Source of the DNA: the human T2T-CHM13v2.0 reference genome, Homo sapiens | Assembly: GCF_009914755.1 (NCBI RefSeq) | Contig: NC_060927.1 | Length of the DNA stretch: 64,000 bases | Direction: 5' to 3' (one strand) | Shown here: in pieces, positions 48,752 through 63,075 of the stretch | How the letters are laid out: each line of letters opens with the position of its first letter | Position numbering within the stretch: the first letter of the stretch is position 1 | Program-made: the position numbers and the translations under genes | The notes under the pieces: generated by a model | Seen by the model: the letters and a program-made list of their open reading frames with translations, nothing else | What the model was told of the DNA's origin: nothing | The model's database searches: none

Positions 48752-51164
48752 TATTTGAGTATTTTATATGATTCCCTTTTCTTTCCTCTTTTAGCGCATC
48801 AATTATGCTTCTTTAAAAAATTTTTAGTGATTGCTCTAGAGTTTGCAATATACATTTACAACTAAACACATTTCAATAATACTGCATTACTTAACAGGTA
48901 GTACATTCACAATTTCTTCCTCCCATTCTGTGTACAATTGATACCATTCATTTCACTTATTTATAAGTTGTATTCACCTAATACATTATTATTGTTTTGA
49001 AAAATTATCTATTAAAATAATTATAAACAAGAAATATAAAAGATTTTATCTTACTTATATTCCTTCTCTAATGCTCTGCTTAGTTTATGTGGGCCCAAGT
49101 TTCTGACGTATATTATTTTCCTTCACTGTGAAGAAATTGTTTTAAAATCTCTTGGAAGGTAAGTCTACTGGCAGCAAATGTTTCCATTTTTTTTGGTTGT
49201 TGTCTGAGAAATGTTTTTCTTCTCCTTCCCTTGTGAAGAATAATTTCACTGAATACAAAATTCTAAGTTGGTGCTTATTGTTTCTTTAAGCACTTTAAAT
49301 ATTTCATTCTACTTTCTTTTTGCCTGCATGGTTTCTGAAGATAATTCCGATGTAAATATTAACCTTGTTCCTCTATAAGGGTTTTTCTCACCACTTGCTT
49401 CTTTTAAGATTTTTCTGTCTTTGATTTTCTGCAGTTTGAATATGATCTGCCTAGATTTTTCTTTTTTGATACTTATTCCCGCTTTGTATATTCTGAGTTT
49501 CCTGAATTCATGGTTTAGTGTTTGTCAATAATTTTAGAAAATTCTCAGTCATAATTACTGCAAATATTTCTACTGCTTTCTTTCTTCTCCTTCTGGAATT
49601 TTCATTATGTTTATCTCTCCATTAAGTTGTATATTTCATAATTGTCCAAAACTTCTGGGCTATCCTGCATTCTATTCTTCATTGTTATTTTTCTCTTTTC
49701 AGTGTAGAAAATTTTACTGACATATTAAGATCACTAATACCTTCTCAAATGTATTTAATCTATTGATGAGACAATCAAAGTCAATCTTTATATTGTACAG
49801 TGTTTTTAACTTCTAGCATTCTTTTAAATTTATTCTTAGCAATTCTCTCTCTCTGCTTACATTGTACATCTGTTCTTAAATGTCCACTGTTTACATTAGA
49901 GTACACTGCATATTATCTTAATTTCTTGTTTGACAATTCCAAAACCTCTGCCATATCTGAGTCAGGTTATAATGCTTGCTTTGCTCTTTAGACTGTTTTT
50001 CTTAGCTTTTAGCATGACCTGTCACTTTTTGTTGAAAGATGGACATAATGCATCAGTTACAGGTGGTAAAATATTGGGGAGGGAAAGCATTCTTATTATT
50101 AAACCTTAAGGGTTTTTTTAGTGGGCAAGAATGGCTGGGTTGTGACCTTGAGGAGCTTCTTCTAGTACTTTTTCATTCCTATTTGTGTTACATGAATTAT
50201 AAACTTGAGCAAATTGTATAATTGCCGTTCCCTTGCACTATGGAAGGTTCAGGTAAAGGAGTTTCTGCTGAGGGCAAGGACTTTGCTACTGAGAGCAGAA
50301 TTCTCTGGGCATATTTCAAAATGGTTACTTTTATCCTTACCCTGTCAAAAGTAGAAGCAAACATTTTTTTCTAATAATCACTCTGAAAACCTGATGGTCT
50401 CTTGAATATAAAACTAATCAAAATGTGGGAGCATCTCTATGACTAGCTCCTCAAGAGTTTTAAACTTTCAAACTAATTTATGCTAAGTCTCTAGTAATTA
50501 ATCAATTACTGTTTGAAGCCTTTTTGCCAGTTAGGAGTAGACCCAAGTGACTTTTACTTTTCTATGCTGTGATTTTCTATATTCTCCTATTTTGAGTTTT
50601 TGGGGCATTAGTTTAATTTTCCCTGTACACTCAATTCTCTGATGATATATAAATAGTTTTTGAGTTCTAGTTTGTTCAACTTTTTTCTTATCATGTTTGA
50701 GAATGACAACGTCCAAGCTCAATACATGTTTGAGCAGGAAGCAGCCTACTTCTGGTACTCACATTTTTACTGGCTGTATTCAAATATTACAATGATAGCA
50801 GTATTAGAGTGTGTCAACAAAAGCGAGAGTTTTATTGTAATAATCCAAATGAGCAGTGGTGAGTAGATAAATTAGGCAGAATATAAAATGCATCATAATC
50901 AAGTTTTCCTTATTGTCAGAAAATCACCAAAATAAGTGATAAGTGAATGGCTAAACAATTGTAATATCTCAAGTTTAAAATTAAAGAAGATTGTAAATCA
51001 TTCTCTCTGCTATTTCATATTGATTGAGAATTTGGTTTATGGCTCTCTCTCAATGTATGTGTCATTATTATTCAAGATGCCAATTATGATAGAGTTTTTT
51101 AAACAAGATAAGCCCAATTAAATATGATTTAAAAAAATTCTAAACTATTAAATTCAGGTACTAT

Positions 51165-51696
51165 TGTATGGCAAATGCCCCTGATAGCAATAACTTAAGT
51201 ATACCCTGAGAAAGACCCTGTATGGCATATGTATCTGAATGTGTGTTCTGAGTTAAGGAATCCAGGAGTGGCCAACCTGAAGATTTATTCCTTGTCTATG
51301 ATAAACATCTAAGCCCTTGTCCTATGCCATAGAACAAAAGCTGTACAGGGGATCCAGGCCTTGACTTTCGGGTTGAATAAAGGCTGCCAGGTGGAAGTTG
51401 TTAGGGAAATGGTGTTAAGTGAAAATGCTATGTAGACTGTATGTCCTTTGCAGAAGTTGTGGTTCTCCTGCCCAGCCTGCTGCCACTGAGCCATGCAGAT
51501 ATGCTGTCCAGCCCATCACCAGTGATTTGTATGTATATTGGTTCTTCTGTTCAGCTCACTTGCTGAACTGGACTCTCTCCTCTGCAGGTAAGCCCCCAAT
51601 AAAACCCCATGTATCATTTATTAGCTTGGAGTCTTCTCTTCAGCCTCTTGAACCTGGTGCCATCCCCATTGGAGTCAATAGCGGGTCAGCACAAAA
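51165..51696 (+). mobile_element. LTR47-type solo LTR
   Basis: tgtatggcaaatgcccctgatagcaataacttaagtataccctgagaa...aataaaacccc...; 5-bp TSD actat/accat. Confidence 0.7.
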
Positions 51697-52713
51697 ACCA
51701 TCTAGATGAACAACAAAATGCACTAGTAGATGATTCTGAAATGGACTTGATTTTTGGAGTTAAATGGCTATGACAAAAAATATTGAAGAATGTGTATAGA
51801 ATTTTATGAGAGAACATTTTTCAAATGTCATCATCATTATCCCAATGATTATATATATGTATATTTTAAGTAATTCTCTACTATGATCACAATTACTATC
51901 ATCATTTTTCATACAAAGTTTATGTGAGTTATTTTCATCAAAGTATTTTATTTCATTCTTATAAGGTCCAGTGAATTTTCTCATTTACATTTATTAAAGA
52001 TGCCCTAATTTTCCAACTACTTCCATATGAAAAGTACTATGGTTTTTCTACTTGTCTGTGCCATAATATTTAGTTTTTAGCATTCTCTTATAAAACTATT
52101 CTCTGTATTCTCAGAATTTGATAGTAGTGGAAATTCAAACTTTCAAAATTCAATTGAGGAAATTGACCAGCTAACAGTGAGTGTTATGATCTTGAGATTT
52201 TGTTTACCTTGTTAGAGAATAATTTGCAGTATACATCTAAAATGTTATGTAAGAAATTGCAAAGTGCTCCAACCTATCTGATTTGTCTTCTGAACATATA
52301 ACAAAATTTATTAATAAGAACTTCTAAATTAAGCTTTGTGAAAACCTATGATGCTTAAAGGTTTTTATTAAAGTTGTATTCAGAACAATGTGTCTGGATG
52401 CTATTTAATATGTTTAATTCTGGCTAACATGGTATTATGTAAAATAATGTTGAATTAATTTAAATCACTATAAATATTTTATTGACTTACATATTTTAAA
52501 TTTATGTATTTTCAACAATAAACACAGTTTTCTAGTCAAGGTAGGAGCTTGACATTTTAGCCAAAAATCTGACGTAAAAATACATATTTTTTTTCAAGGT
52601 TTGAGTAGTAATTTTGTTTCAGTTTATCATAACAACATTAATCACTCAGTCCCACTTGCTCTATTAGCTCATAGTCCTAATAAACTAGTTAGATTAATGT
52701 ATATAGATAACTT

Positions 52714-53270
52714 TGAAAGGTGAAGCCAGCTGGACTTCCTGTGTCGAATGGGGACTTGGAGAACTTTTTTGTCTTACAAGAGGATTCTAAAATGCACCAA
52801 TCAGTGTTCGGTAGCTAGCAAGAGGATTGTAAAATGCACAATCAGCACTCTGTAAAAACACATCAATCAGCACTCTGTACCTAGCAAGAGAATTGTAAAA
52901 TGCACCAATCAGTGCTCTGTAAAATGCACCAATCAGCGCTCTGTAAAATGCACCAAACAGCAGGAGTCTAAAAGTAACCAGTCACAGGGAGGATTAAAAA
53001 AAGGGCACTCTGATAGGACAGAAATGGAAAATGGGAGGGGACAAATAAGGGAATAAAAGTTGGCCACCCAGCCAGCAGTGGCAATTCACTCGTGTCCCCC
53101 TCCACACTGTGGAAGCTTTGTTCTTTTGCTCTTCACAATAAACCTTGCTACCGCTCACTCTTTGGCTCCGTGCCATCTTTAAGGGCTGTAACACTCATCG
53201 TGAAGGTCCACAGCTTCATTCTTGAAGTCAGCGAGACCACAATCCCACCAGAAGGAACCAACTCTGGACA
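52714..53270 (+). mobile_element. LTR12F-like 5' LTR of an ERV9-group provirus
   Basis: TG...CA ends; tgaaaggtgaagccagctggacttcc; repeated aaaatgcaccaatcag units; AATAAA at 53137-53142. Confidence 0.88.
52789..53058 (+). promoter_or_regulatory. LTR12 U3 enhancer/promoter repeats with CCAAT (NF-Y) boxes and a TATA-like AATAAAA
   Basis: Six units; intact CCAAT at 52797, 52905, 52929; aataaaa at 53052-53058. Activity is not demonstrated. Confidence 0.65.
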
Positions 53271-53273
53271 TTT

Positions 53274-53291
53274 TGGGGGCTTGTCTGGTAT
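53274..53291 (+). promoter_or_regulatory. Primer-binding site, tRNA-Pro type
   Basis: tgggggcttgtctggtat matches TGGGGGCTCGTCCGGGAT at 15/18 (two differences are CpG decay), 3 nt after the LTR CA; splice donor G|GTGAGT follows at 53302/53303. Confidence 0.85.
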
Positions 53292-54441
53292 ATCACCACG
53301 TGGTGAGTACCATCGGACCCCTTTGGCTTGCTATTGTGTCCTATTTTTCCTTAGAATTTGGGGGCTAAACACCGGGCTCCTGTTGGCCAGTTAAAAGCGA
53401 CTAGCACAGCTGCTGGACTAAAGACATGGGTGTAAGGCTTTCTGGGAAAGTGCTCTCTGACAACCCCCGACTCTTCCGAGTTGTGAGTGCTGATTTGCCT
53501 AGAACCAGCCTCTGCTTTTCCTGTACTTCCAGGCTGAGCCGAGGGTTGGCAGAGATGAAAGCCATTCAGCTCTGGGGTCCCAACAAAAAGTTGGTTGACC
53601 CTGCAGCCATGAGCAGAACTCTCCAAGTTACGTTGCCCAAGCGAGACTCACCCATCTGTCTTATCTATCCTGACCCTTGCCTCCTGGGTCCTAATGTTTG
53701 TCAGACAAACTTCCTCCTGCCTCTCTTCTCCGAGGCTAGTCCCACTTCTAAAAGCCACTCCCTGTCCCTGGTGCTCTTCTAGTTTCTCCTATAAGAATGA
53801 TTTCTATATAAATTTCAGGACTCTGTTCCTTTCTTTAGGCACCCAGGCTCACCAATCAGAAAGACATAATTTTTGCCCAAAGCCCCATCGCAGCAGGGGT
53901 GGGAGGGGGGACCATCTATCCTTTTAGGATCCCTTCTCAGACTAGCAGGCCTAACAAAGGTTATTCCCAAAGCTAGGATATGGGGAGCCTCAGATATTAT
54001 ATCCTTCCTATGCATATGATGAGAAGTGAGGACAAAAGGTGTCACTTTTCCAACCCTGGAGATCCCTTCCCTCCCTCAGGGTATGGCCCTCCACTCCATT
54101 TTGAGGCAAATCATCTTTATAGGACCAGGGTAAGGTCCCAATACTAACAGGAGAATGCTTAGGCCTCTAACAGGTTTTTGAGAATGCGTCGGTAAGGGCC
54201 ACTAAATCCGATTTTTCTCGGTCCTCTTTATGGTCTAAGAGGAAAGGCAAGGGTGCCGGTTTTCGAGAATGTGTCAGTAAGGGCCACTAAATCCGACCTT
54301 CCTTGGTCCTCTTTGTGGTCTAGGAGGAAATCTAGTGTTTCTGCTGCTGCTTCAGTGAGCGCAACTATTCTGAACAGCAGGGTCCAGGGACCATTGCGGG
54401 CTCTTGGGCAGGGAAAAAAAAAAGGCTTTTTTTTCTTTTAC

Positions 54442-55902
54442 GTGGTAAACACTCAGGCATCAACAGGCTCACCCTTGAAATGCATGCTAAGCCATTGGGA
54501 CCAATTTGACCTGCAAACGCTGAAAAAGAAGAGGCTTATTTTTTTTCTGCACTACAGCCTGGCCCCAATAATCTCTCTGATGGGGAAAAATGGCCACCTG
54601 AGGGAAGTATAAATTATAATACTATCCTGCAGCTTGACCTTTTCTGTAAGAGGGAAGGCAAATGGAGTGAAATACCTTATGTCCAAGCTTTTTTTTCACT
54701 GAAGGATAATCCACAACTATGCAAAGCTTGAAATTTACATTCCACAGGAGGACCTCTCGGCTTACCCCCATATCCTAGCCTTCCTACAGCTCCCCTTCCG
54801 ATTAATGATAAGCCTCCTCTAATCTCCCCTACCCAGAAGGAAACAAGCGAAGAAATCTCCAAAGGACCACACCCTCCCCCCCGGGCTATCGATTATGTCC
54901 CCTTCAAGCTGTAGGGGGAGGGGAATTTGGCCCAACCCAGGTACATTTCCCCTTCTCCCTCTCTGATTTAAAGCAGATAAAGGTAGACCTGGGGAAATTT
55001 TCAGATGATCCTGATAGGTCTATAGATGTCCTATAGTGTCTAGGGCAAACCTTCTACCTCACTTGGAGAGATGTCATGCTATTGTTAGATCAAACCCCAG
55101 ACTTTAATGAAAAGAATGCAGCTTTAGCTGCAGCCTGAGAGTTTGGAGATACTTTGTATCTTAGTCAAGTAAATGATATAATGACAGCTGAAGAAAGGGA
55201 CAAATTCCCGACCCGTTAGCAAGCCATCACCAGTATGGATCCCCACTGGGACCTTGACTCAGATCATGGGGACCAGAGTCATAAGCATCTGCTGTCCTGT
55301 GTTCTAGAAGGACTAAGGAGAATTAGGAAAAAGACGTGAATTATTCAATGATGTCCACCATATCTCTGGGAAAGGAAGAAAATCTTTCTGCCTTCCTCAA
55401 GCAGCTACGGGAGGCCTTAAGAAAATATACTCCCCTGTCACCTGACTCCCTCGAGGGTCAATTGATCCTAAAAGATAAATGTATTACCCAGTCAGCCACA
55501 GATATCAGGAGAAAGCTCCAAAAGTGAGCCCTGGGCCCTAAACAAAATTTGGAGGCATTATTAAACCTGGCAACCTCGGTGTTCTATAATAGGGACCAAG
55601 AGGAACAGGCTGAAAAGGAAAAGCGAGGTAAGAGAAAGGCCACAGCCTTAGTCATGGCCCTCAGGCAAACAAACCTTGGCAGTTCAGAGAGGACAGAAAA
55701 TGGAACAGGCCAATCACCCAGTAGGGCTTGTTATCAGTGTGGTTTGCAAGGACACCTTAAAAAAGATTGTCCAACAAGAAACAAGCCACCCTCTCGCCCA
55801 TGTCCACTATGCCAAGGCAATCACTAGAAGGCACACTGGCCCAGAGGACAAAGCTTCTCTGGGCCAGAAGCCCCCAACCAGATGATCCAACAACAGGACT
55901 GA
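54442..55902 (+). pseudogene. gag: ERV9-group gag (disrupted)
   Basis: [27 protein letters not shown] (MA); GKEENLSAFLKQLREALRKYT (CA MHR); CYQCGLQGHLKKDC zinc knuckle; TGA at 55900-55902; start codon lost, many stops. Confidence 0.92.
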
Positions 55903-58449
55903 GGGTGCCCGGGGCAAGTGCCAGCTCATGTCATCACCCTCACTGAGCCCTGGGTAAGTTTAACCATCAAAGTCCAGGAAATTGACTTCCTTCTGGACAC
56001 TGGTGTGGCTTTCTCAGTGTTAATCTCCTGTCCCAGACAGCTGTCCTCAAGGTCCGTTTCCATCTGAGGAATCCTGGGACAGCCTGTAACCAGGTATTTC
56101 TCCCACCTCCTCAGTTGTAATTGGGAGACTTTGCTCTTTTCACATGCCTTTCTTGTTATGCCTGAAAGCCCCACATCTTTATTAGGGATGGATGTATTAG
56201 CCAAAGCTGGAGCTATTATCTATATGAATATAGGGAACAAGTTAACCATTAGTTGTTCCCTACTTGAGGAGGGAATCAACTCTGAAGTCTGGGCATTGGA
56301 AGGACAATTTGGAAGGACAAAAAATGCCTGCCCAGTCCAAATCAGGCTAAAAGACCCCACCACTTTTCCTTATCAAAGGCAATATCCCTTAAGGCCTGAA
56401 GCTCACTTAAGATTACAGGACATTGTGAGACATTTAAAAGCTCGAGGCTTAGTAAGAAAATGCAGCAGTCCCTGCAACACCCCAATTCCAGGAGTACAAA
56501 AACTGACCAGTGAAAGATCTTAGACTCATCAATGAGTCAGTAATTACTCTATATCCAGTTATACCCAACCCCTATATCCTGCTCTCTCAAATACCAGAGG
56601 AAGCAGAATGGTTCACTGTTCTGGACCTCAAGGATGCCTTTTTCTGCATTCCCCTGCACTCTGACTCCCAGTTTCTCTTTGCCTTTGAGGGATCCTGCAG
56701 ACCACACGGCCCAACTTATGTGGACAGTCTTGCCTCAAGGTTTTAGGGATAGCTCACATCTGTTTGGTCAGGCACTGGCTCAAGATCTAGGCCACTTCTC
56801 AAGTCCAGGCACTCTGGTCCTTCAGTATGTGGATGATTTACATTTGGCTACCAGTTCAGAAGCCTCATGCCAGCAGGCTACACTAGATCTCTTTAACTTT
56901 CTAGCTAATCAAGGGTAAACTGCATCTAAATCAAAGGCCCAGCTCTGCCTACAACAAGTCAAATATCTAGGCCTAATCTTAGCCAGAGGAACCAGGGCCC
57001 TCAACAAGGAACAAATACAGCCTATACTGGGTTATCCTTACCCTAAGACATTAAAACAGTTGCAGGGGTTCCTTGGAATCACTGGCTTTTGCCGACTATG
57101 GATTCCTGGATACAGCGAGAAGGCCAGGCCACTCTATACTCTAATCAAGGAGACCCAGATGGCAGATACTTATCTAGTAGAATGGGAACCAGAGGCAGAA
57201 ACAGTCTTCAAAACCTTAAAGCAGGCCCTAGTACAAGCTCCAGCCTTAAGCCTTCCCACAAGACAGAACTTATCTTTATATGTCACAGAGAGAGAGTGGG
57301 AATAGCTCTTGGAGTCCTTACTCAGACTCGTGGGACAACCCCACAACCTGTGGCATACCTAAGTAAGGAAATTGATGTAGTAGCAAAAGGCTGGCCTCAC
57401 TGTTTACAGGTAATTGCAGTGGTGGCCATCTTAGTATCAGAGACTATCAAAATAATACAAGGAAAGGATCTCACTGTCTGGACCACTCATTATGTTAATG
57501 GCATAGTAAGTGCCAAAGGAAATTTATGGCTATCAGACAACTGCCTGCTTAGATACCAGGTGCTACTTCTAGAGGGACCGGTGCTGCAGATATGCACATG
57601 TGCAGCCCTCGACCCCGCCACTTTTCTCCCAGAGGATGGGGAACCAATTGAGTATGACTGCCAACAAATTGTAGCCCAGACTTATGCCACCCAAGAGGAT
57701 CTCTTAGAAGTCCCCTTAGCTAATCCTGCCCTTAACCTATATGCTGACAGAAGTCGATTTGTGGAGAATGGGATACAAAGGGCAGGTTATGCCATAGTTA
57801 GTGATGTAACAGTACTGGAAAGTAAGTCTCTTCCCCCAGGGACCAGCACTCAGTTAGCAGAACTAGTGGCACTTACCCGAGCCTTAGAACTGGGAAAGGG
57901 AAAAAGAATAAATGTGTATACATATAGCAAGTATGCTTATTTAATCCTATGTGCCCATGCTGCAATGTGGAAAGAAAGGGAGTTCCTAACCTCTGGGGGA
58001 ACCCCCATTAAATACCACAAGGAAATCATGAAGTTATTGCACACAGTGCAAAAACCCAAAGAGGTGGCTGTCTTACGCTGCCAAAGCCTCAAAAAGGTGA
58101 AGGAGAAAAGGCAGAAGGAAACCATCAGGCAGACGCTGAAGCCAAAATTGCTGCCAGGAGGAACCTCCCCTTAGAAATACCTATGGAAGGACCCTTGGTA
58201 TGGAACAACCCCCTCCAAGAGATTAAGCCCCAGTATTCCCTGACTGAAACAGAATGGGGACTTTCACAGGGGCATAGTTTTCTCCCCTTGGGGTGGTTAA
58301 TGACAGAAGAGGGAAAGATACTCATACCCAAAGCCAGCCAGTGGAAAATACTTAAGACTCTCCACCAAACTTTTCATATGGGTATTGAGAACACTCATCA
58401 AATGGCCAAATCCCTATTTACAGGGCCAAATCTCCTCTGGACCATCTGA
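55903..58449 (+). pseudogene. pol: ERV9-group pro-pol (protease, RT, RNase H, integrase N-terminus), disrupted and 3'-truncated
   Basis: In frame after the gag stop: LLDTG at 55990-56004; LDLKDAFF; LPQGFRDS; YVDD at 56826-56837; RNase H QLAELVALTRALEL; integrase LHQTFHMG, then an abrupt end with no env or 3' LTR. Confidence 0.95.
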
Positions 58450-59672
58450 CTCACAAAATGAGTCTAAGATCAAAGGAAAATAGAAATATAAAAAATTTGA
58501 GTCAAAACCTGATATTAAATATAATATAAAATTTTTAAAAAATATGTATATAAATTAAGTAATTAAAGGTAGATATTATTTTATAAGCATCACTTAAAAG
58601 TTGTTAATAACAGGATATCTTAGATAACTTCTCTATATTTACATATATTAAGGAATATATATTCAAGTGTCATGTTATATATCAGAAATAAACAATTGTG
58701 CCATGGAATGCTACATTATGTTTAAAATATATATGTCAAATAAGTTGGGATGTTTAAATTTTACTGTAGAACATAATTTTAGGTTTCCACTATAAATCTC
58801 TAAAAGTAGATTCTTAATTAATATTGACATTAGGTAATGTTTATAATGTTAAGATTTTTTAAAAATTGATCAAAGAGAAGAAATACATTTATTTAACTTA
58901 TTGTATAACCCATGCTAGAAAACAAAAGAGTCATAACGATTACTCACTGAAAAATCAGAGACATCTCAATCTTCCTTTTGGAACATTTTAAGTAATGATT
59001 AAATAGTGACTTGGCTTAATAATGGTTTGGCGTATGTAACATTGCACTTGTCTTCTCTGCTGTAGAGCATCTATACTCCCACAAAGATTAAGAAGGCTAC
59101 TCTAAACACGAGATTAAAACACCTAACATTTGGAGTTGTAGGTTTATATGAAAACTTGGTTTTGATTGATTTTTCAGTAATATTAAAACCCAGCTGATTT
59201 CAGAATAGAATTTTAAATCTAAATAGTAATAAATTATAAATAATATACAACTTTTCATATATTTCTTTTTTATTATCTTTAGGAAGTTAGGATTCCATCT
59301 AATATTATCCTACATATATTTTTTTCATTTCTCCTACCTTTCAAGTCATAATTTTTCTTTCTTCTAAATTATTTTTATTTAGCACTCTTCACTCTGGCTT
59401 CAGTACCATATTTTTGATAACTAAAATCAGAGTTGTTATGCAAAGAACCGTGAACGTTCTATGCCAGCAAGCTTGCACTTCTGCCTTTCCTCTAGCAGAT
59501 ATAAATTTAAATATTTTATATATAAATATTTTATACCCATTGGTGTTTTTAATCACATCTAACATGCATTTCATCAAATTGAAAAAAAGGCATATTATTA
59601 CCATTTGCTCAAATAACATATATTGAGATTGATTTTAATGTTTACTGTAGATATTAACTATAAAAATGTTTA

Positions 59673-60042
<370 letters not shown>

Positions 60043-60699
60043 TTAACATAAACTTTTATTTATCTATAGCTTTAAAAAACATTATGCTAGAAATATATAG
60101 CATGTGAGAGTCAATAATGTAAGGTGTACAAGTCACATTCTCTCCATCTCTAAATACTTCCCAATAATTAGATTTGACATAACTATCATTATCAGCATCT
60201 CATAAGAAAATTTTAATTACATTTGTCTTTCCAAGTTAAATTTAGTGTTCACAAACATGGTACTCATTCCTTAAAATAATTAGAACATAGAGCAACAACT
60301 TTTTCTAACAAATGCTCATATTCCTCAAGTACTTTCTAGAGAACACTGAAGAAGGATTCATTCTGTAATAGCTAATAAAGACTGAATTATCCAACAATAT
60401 TTAAAAGCTCATTTCAATAAAGTATAAAATTAAATAGTGAAATTCAACTTATTAATATTAGAATCTCAAAAAGTATGCCAAAATATTTATGGCAATATCT
60501 TGTAAGAATAAATAAAATAGCATTTTTAAGATACTAAAAATAATTTGTCTGCAACATCCAGAAGGATTAGATGTGAACTTGTGTTTAATTTGAAGTATTT
60601 TTAAGGTCTCTTTGCAAGTTAAAAGTTCTCCCTTTTGTGCATGCTACAACTGATTTAAACAAAGCAGTGAAACTATTATATTGTATGAATTGTAATATG

Positions 60700-61243
60700 T
60701 GACAGAGCAGGAAAACCACCATCTTGCACAAACGCCCCCATTTTAAGTCCCAGATCCCTTTCTAATCTCACGCATTTCAAGAAAATCACTTCTCTTCTAA
60801 CCTCAAGCAGCCAGAAAGAGCAGACAGTGAAACAAAGGTAAGACAGCTCAAGCACAGAAGGAGAGGGGAAAGTCCCTTCGGGAAGAACCAATCTTCACAC
60901 TCAAAAAATGGGCCCCAGTAAAACAGTGGGCCCTAATAAGCACATTCCTTTCACTTTAGGTTCACTAAGATAGGAAAGCTAAAAGTAGATTCAGGGCAGG
61001 GGTATGCCTGCAGCTGCAGGAAGTTGTACAGTAACAGACACAAAAACTCTCCCTCTCAGATAAGCAAGACAAAGTGTGAAAAGCCCTCGCACCTTGAACC
61101 CATAAATACTCTCGGCCTGTAACAGAAAGTGCTCCTGTCTCAACTTGGCCAGAAGTCCCTCGCAGGTTTATTCCTTAAAATAAACCTGTCTCTGACTGTT
61201 AAGCCACTTTTCATGTTTTTTTCTTTCTTCTTCAACTCCTACA
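60700..61243 (+). mobile_element. MER66-like ERV1 solo LTR
   Basis: tgacagagcagg...aataaacctg...ctcctaca; perfect 5-bp TSD atatg at 60695-60699 and 61244-61248. Confidence 0.8.
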
Positions 61244-62984
61244 ATATGAAATGTAGATACCACAATTTTAATTATTTTAAAACAATTTAGTGTGAGTTTT
61301 ATTTGCTAAACAAATTCCGATAGCTATTTTTCAATTATAAAGAGACACTAATGAGCAAATAGTGAAAATTAAAATGAAACATAACTTCAAAAACTGCAAA
61401 ACAATCCTCTGCCAATACTTTTATTTTGACATTTTTTAAAATTATATAAGTAACTATGCTTCTAAACTTGGAGTGTCCTGGATAAGCCGTTACAGAACAG
61501 CAATATCCCTTTTTTGTGATGATGACTTAAAATTATTTCATTTCAGAATTATAATAACATAACATTTTTAAAGAGTATACATGTATCATTTTATATTATA
61601 CTATAGATTGATCAGAGGTTTTCTTAATGTTGGCCATTCCATTTGAGTTCAAATTAACTAATATAAACAATTCATAATAAATTTATTTTATTTCAACTGT
61701 TGCTTACTATTATTTTTAGATTCACAAAATGGATATTATGGATATAAAGTACATGTTTACTTTAATGTCCTTTGGTATATACTACCAATAAATTTTGTAG
61801 AATTGTGGAATCAATATAGCCATTTGTGTAAGACTGCTCATTTTCGTGGAGTCCTGTCCTCACTGAATATTTATTCTTTAAAGTCAAATAGGGAGGAAAC
61901 ATCATCTCATTATTAATCTGTTTAGTTTAATATTAATAAGGTTATTTCATTCCTATAATTTATTGTTCATCCTTTTTTCTTTTTAAATATATATTTTTTA
62001 AGGATTCCATATATTTTATATGGCATATTAGTTTGTAAATGTTTTCATTAACTTTCAAAGTTTTCTATGTAGAAGTCATTAGTCTTTTGGATATAAATTT
62101 CAAATAGCACAATACATTCCACCAAAATTTGTATTAGAAAAATGATTGAAAATAAAATAAAAATTGATAGAATCTTGAACATATTGATAAGCATTTTTGT
62201 TGTTAATTGTATAATTTTTTTATTTCTAGATTTATTGTTCTTTACTAAATTTTCTCATTACACATAACTGCCTCCTTATTTGTCTGGTAATTCTTGATTG
62301 AACACTGGACATTGTTATTTTTACATTGCTAGGAGTCTGAAATGTGTTTGGCTTCTTTTAAAGAGGGTTGAGTTTTAGTCTTACATGCTAATAACTTATG
62401 TGTGAATCTTCTGTGAAACTATAATGGTAACAGAAAAAAAGGGAAAAAAGTCAATAATGGCAAGAGAAAATAATAAAATCTACTTTTCAGTAAGTAATGT
62501 AGGTAGACAATCTCCCATGCTATCATGAGGTCACGGAAATCTAAAAGATTTCAGAATTATGCTAAGTAAAAAGAAGCAAAATGATACAGCTCTGTAGATC
62601 ATAGTCTGCTTTTCTGTAGGTTCTGAACAACATTTTTATTTAATAGAACCCTTCTGGATTTTCATCCTAATTTTCCTTCTAAAATTGTGAAGCCTTTCAT
62701 TTTCTTAATAGTAAATAATATATACACATAGAAAATATTATTTCCATTTTGGAAACTCCAGAAAAGTTTTTATCACTTACATATAAGACACCTTTAAATA
62801 ATATTGTACACAATGCAAAAAGCAACCAAAAGTTTAAACAGATAATTTTAATTGAATTATCCATATTTGGCCTTTCTTTAAAATATTCTTTATGATTTAA
62901 TATCAGAATATTCTTTAGATTTTATTATATTTGAGAATACTTGAGTTTGACATTTTTCTTAATCTATGAAAAAGAAATTTATGA

Positions 62985-63075
62985 GCTATGTGAGCTATGA
63001 TTGCACCACTGCACTCCATCCTGGGTGACAGAACAAGATCCTGCCTCCATAAAAATTAAAAATAAAAACAAAAAC
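62985..63075 (+). mobile_element. 3'-terminal Alu (J/FRAM) fragment
   Basis: gtgagctatgattgcaccactgcactccatcctgggtgacagaacaagatcctg plus A-rich tail. Confidence 0.85.

Larger units (their letters stand above)
46855..50740 (-). mobile_element. Old L1M (L1MC/MD-type) ORF2-start/ORF1/5'UTR with nested Alus and MLT1
   Basis: Reversed L1 motifs aagtctactggcagcaaat...tgtctgagaaa, gatttttctgcagtttgaatatgat, ctgccatatctgagtcagg. Confidence 0.75.

Noticed and set aside
51460-51575. Three ~30-40-bp internal repeats (ctgYccagc...cactg)
   Set aside because: Internal repeats of the LTR47-type element, likely in the consensus
54180-54328. ~64-bp direct repeat in the proviral leader
   Set aside because: As I recall, a normal feature of ERV9/HERV-W-group leaders rather than locus-specific
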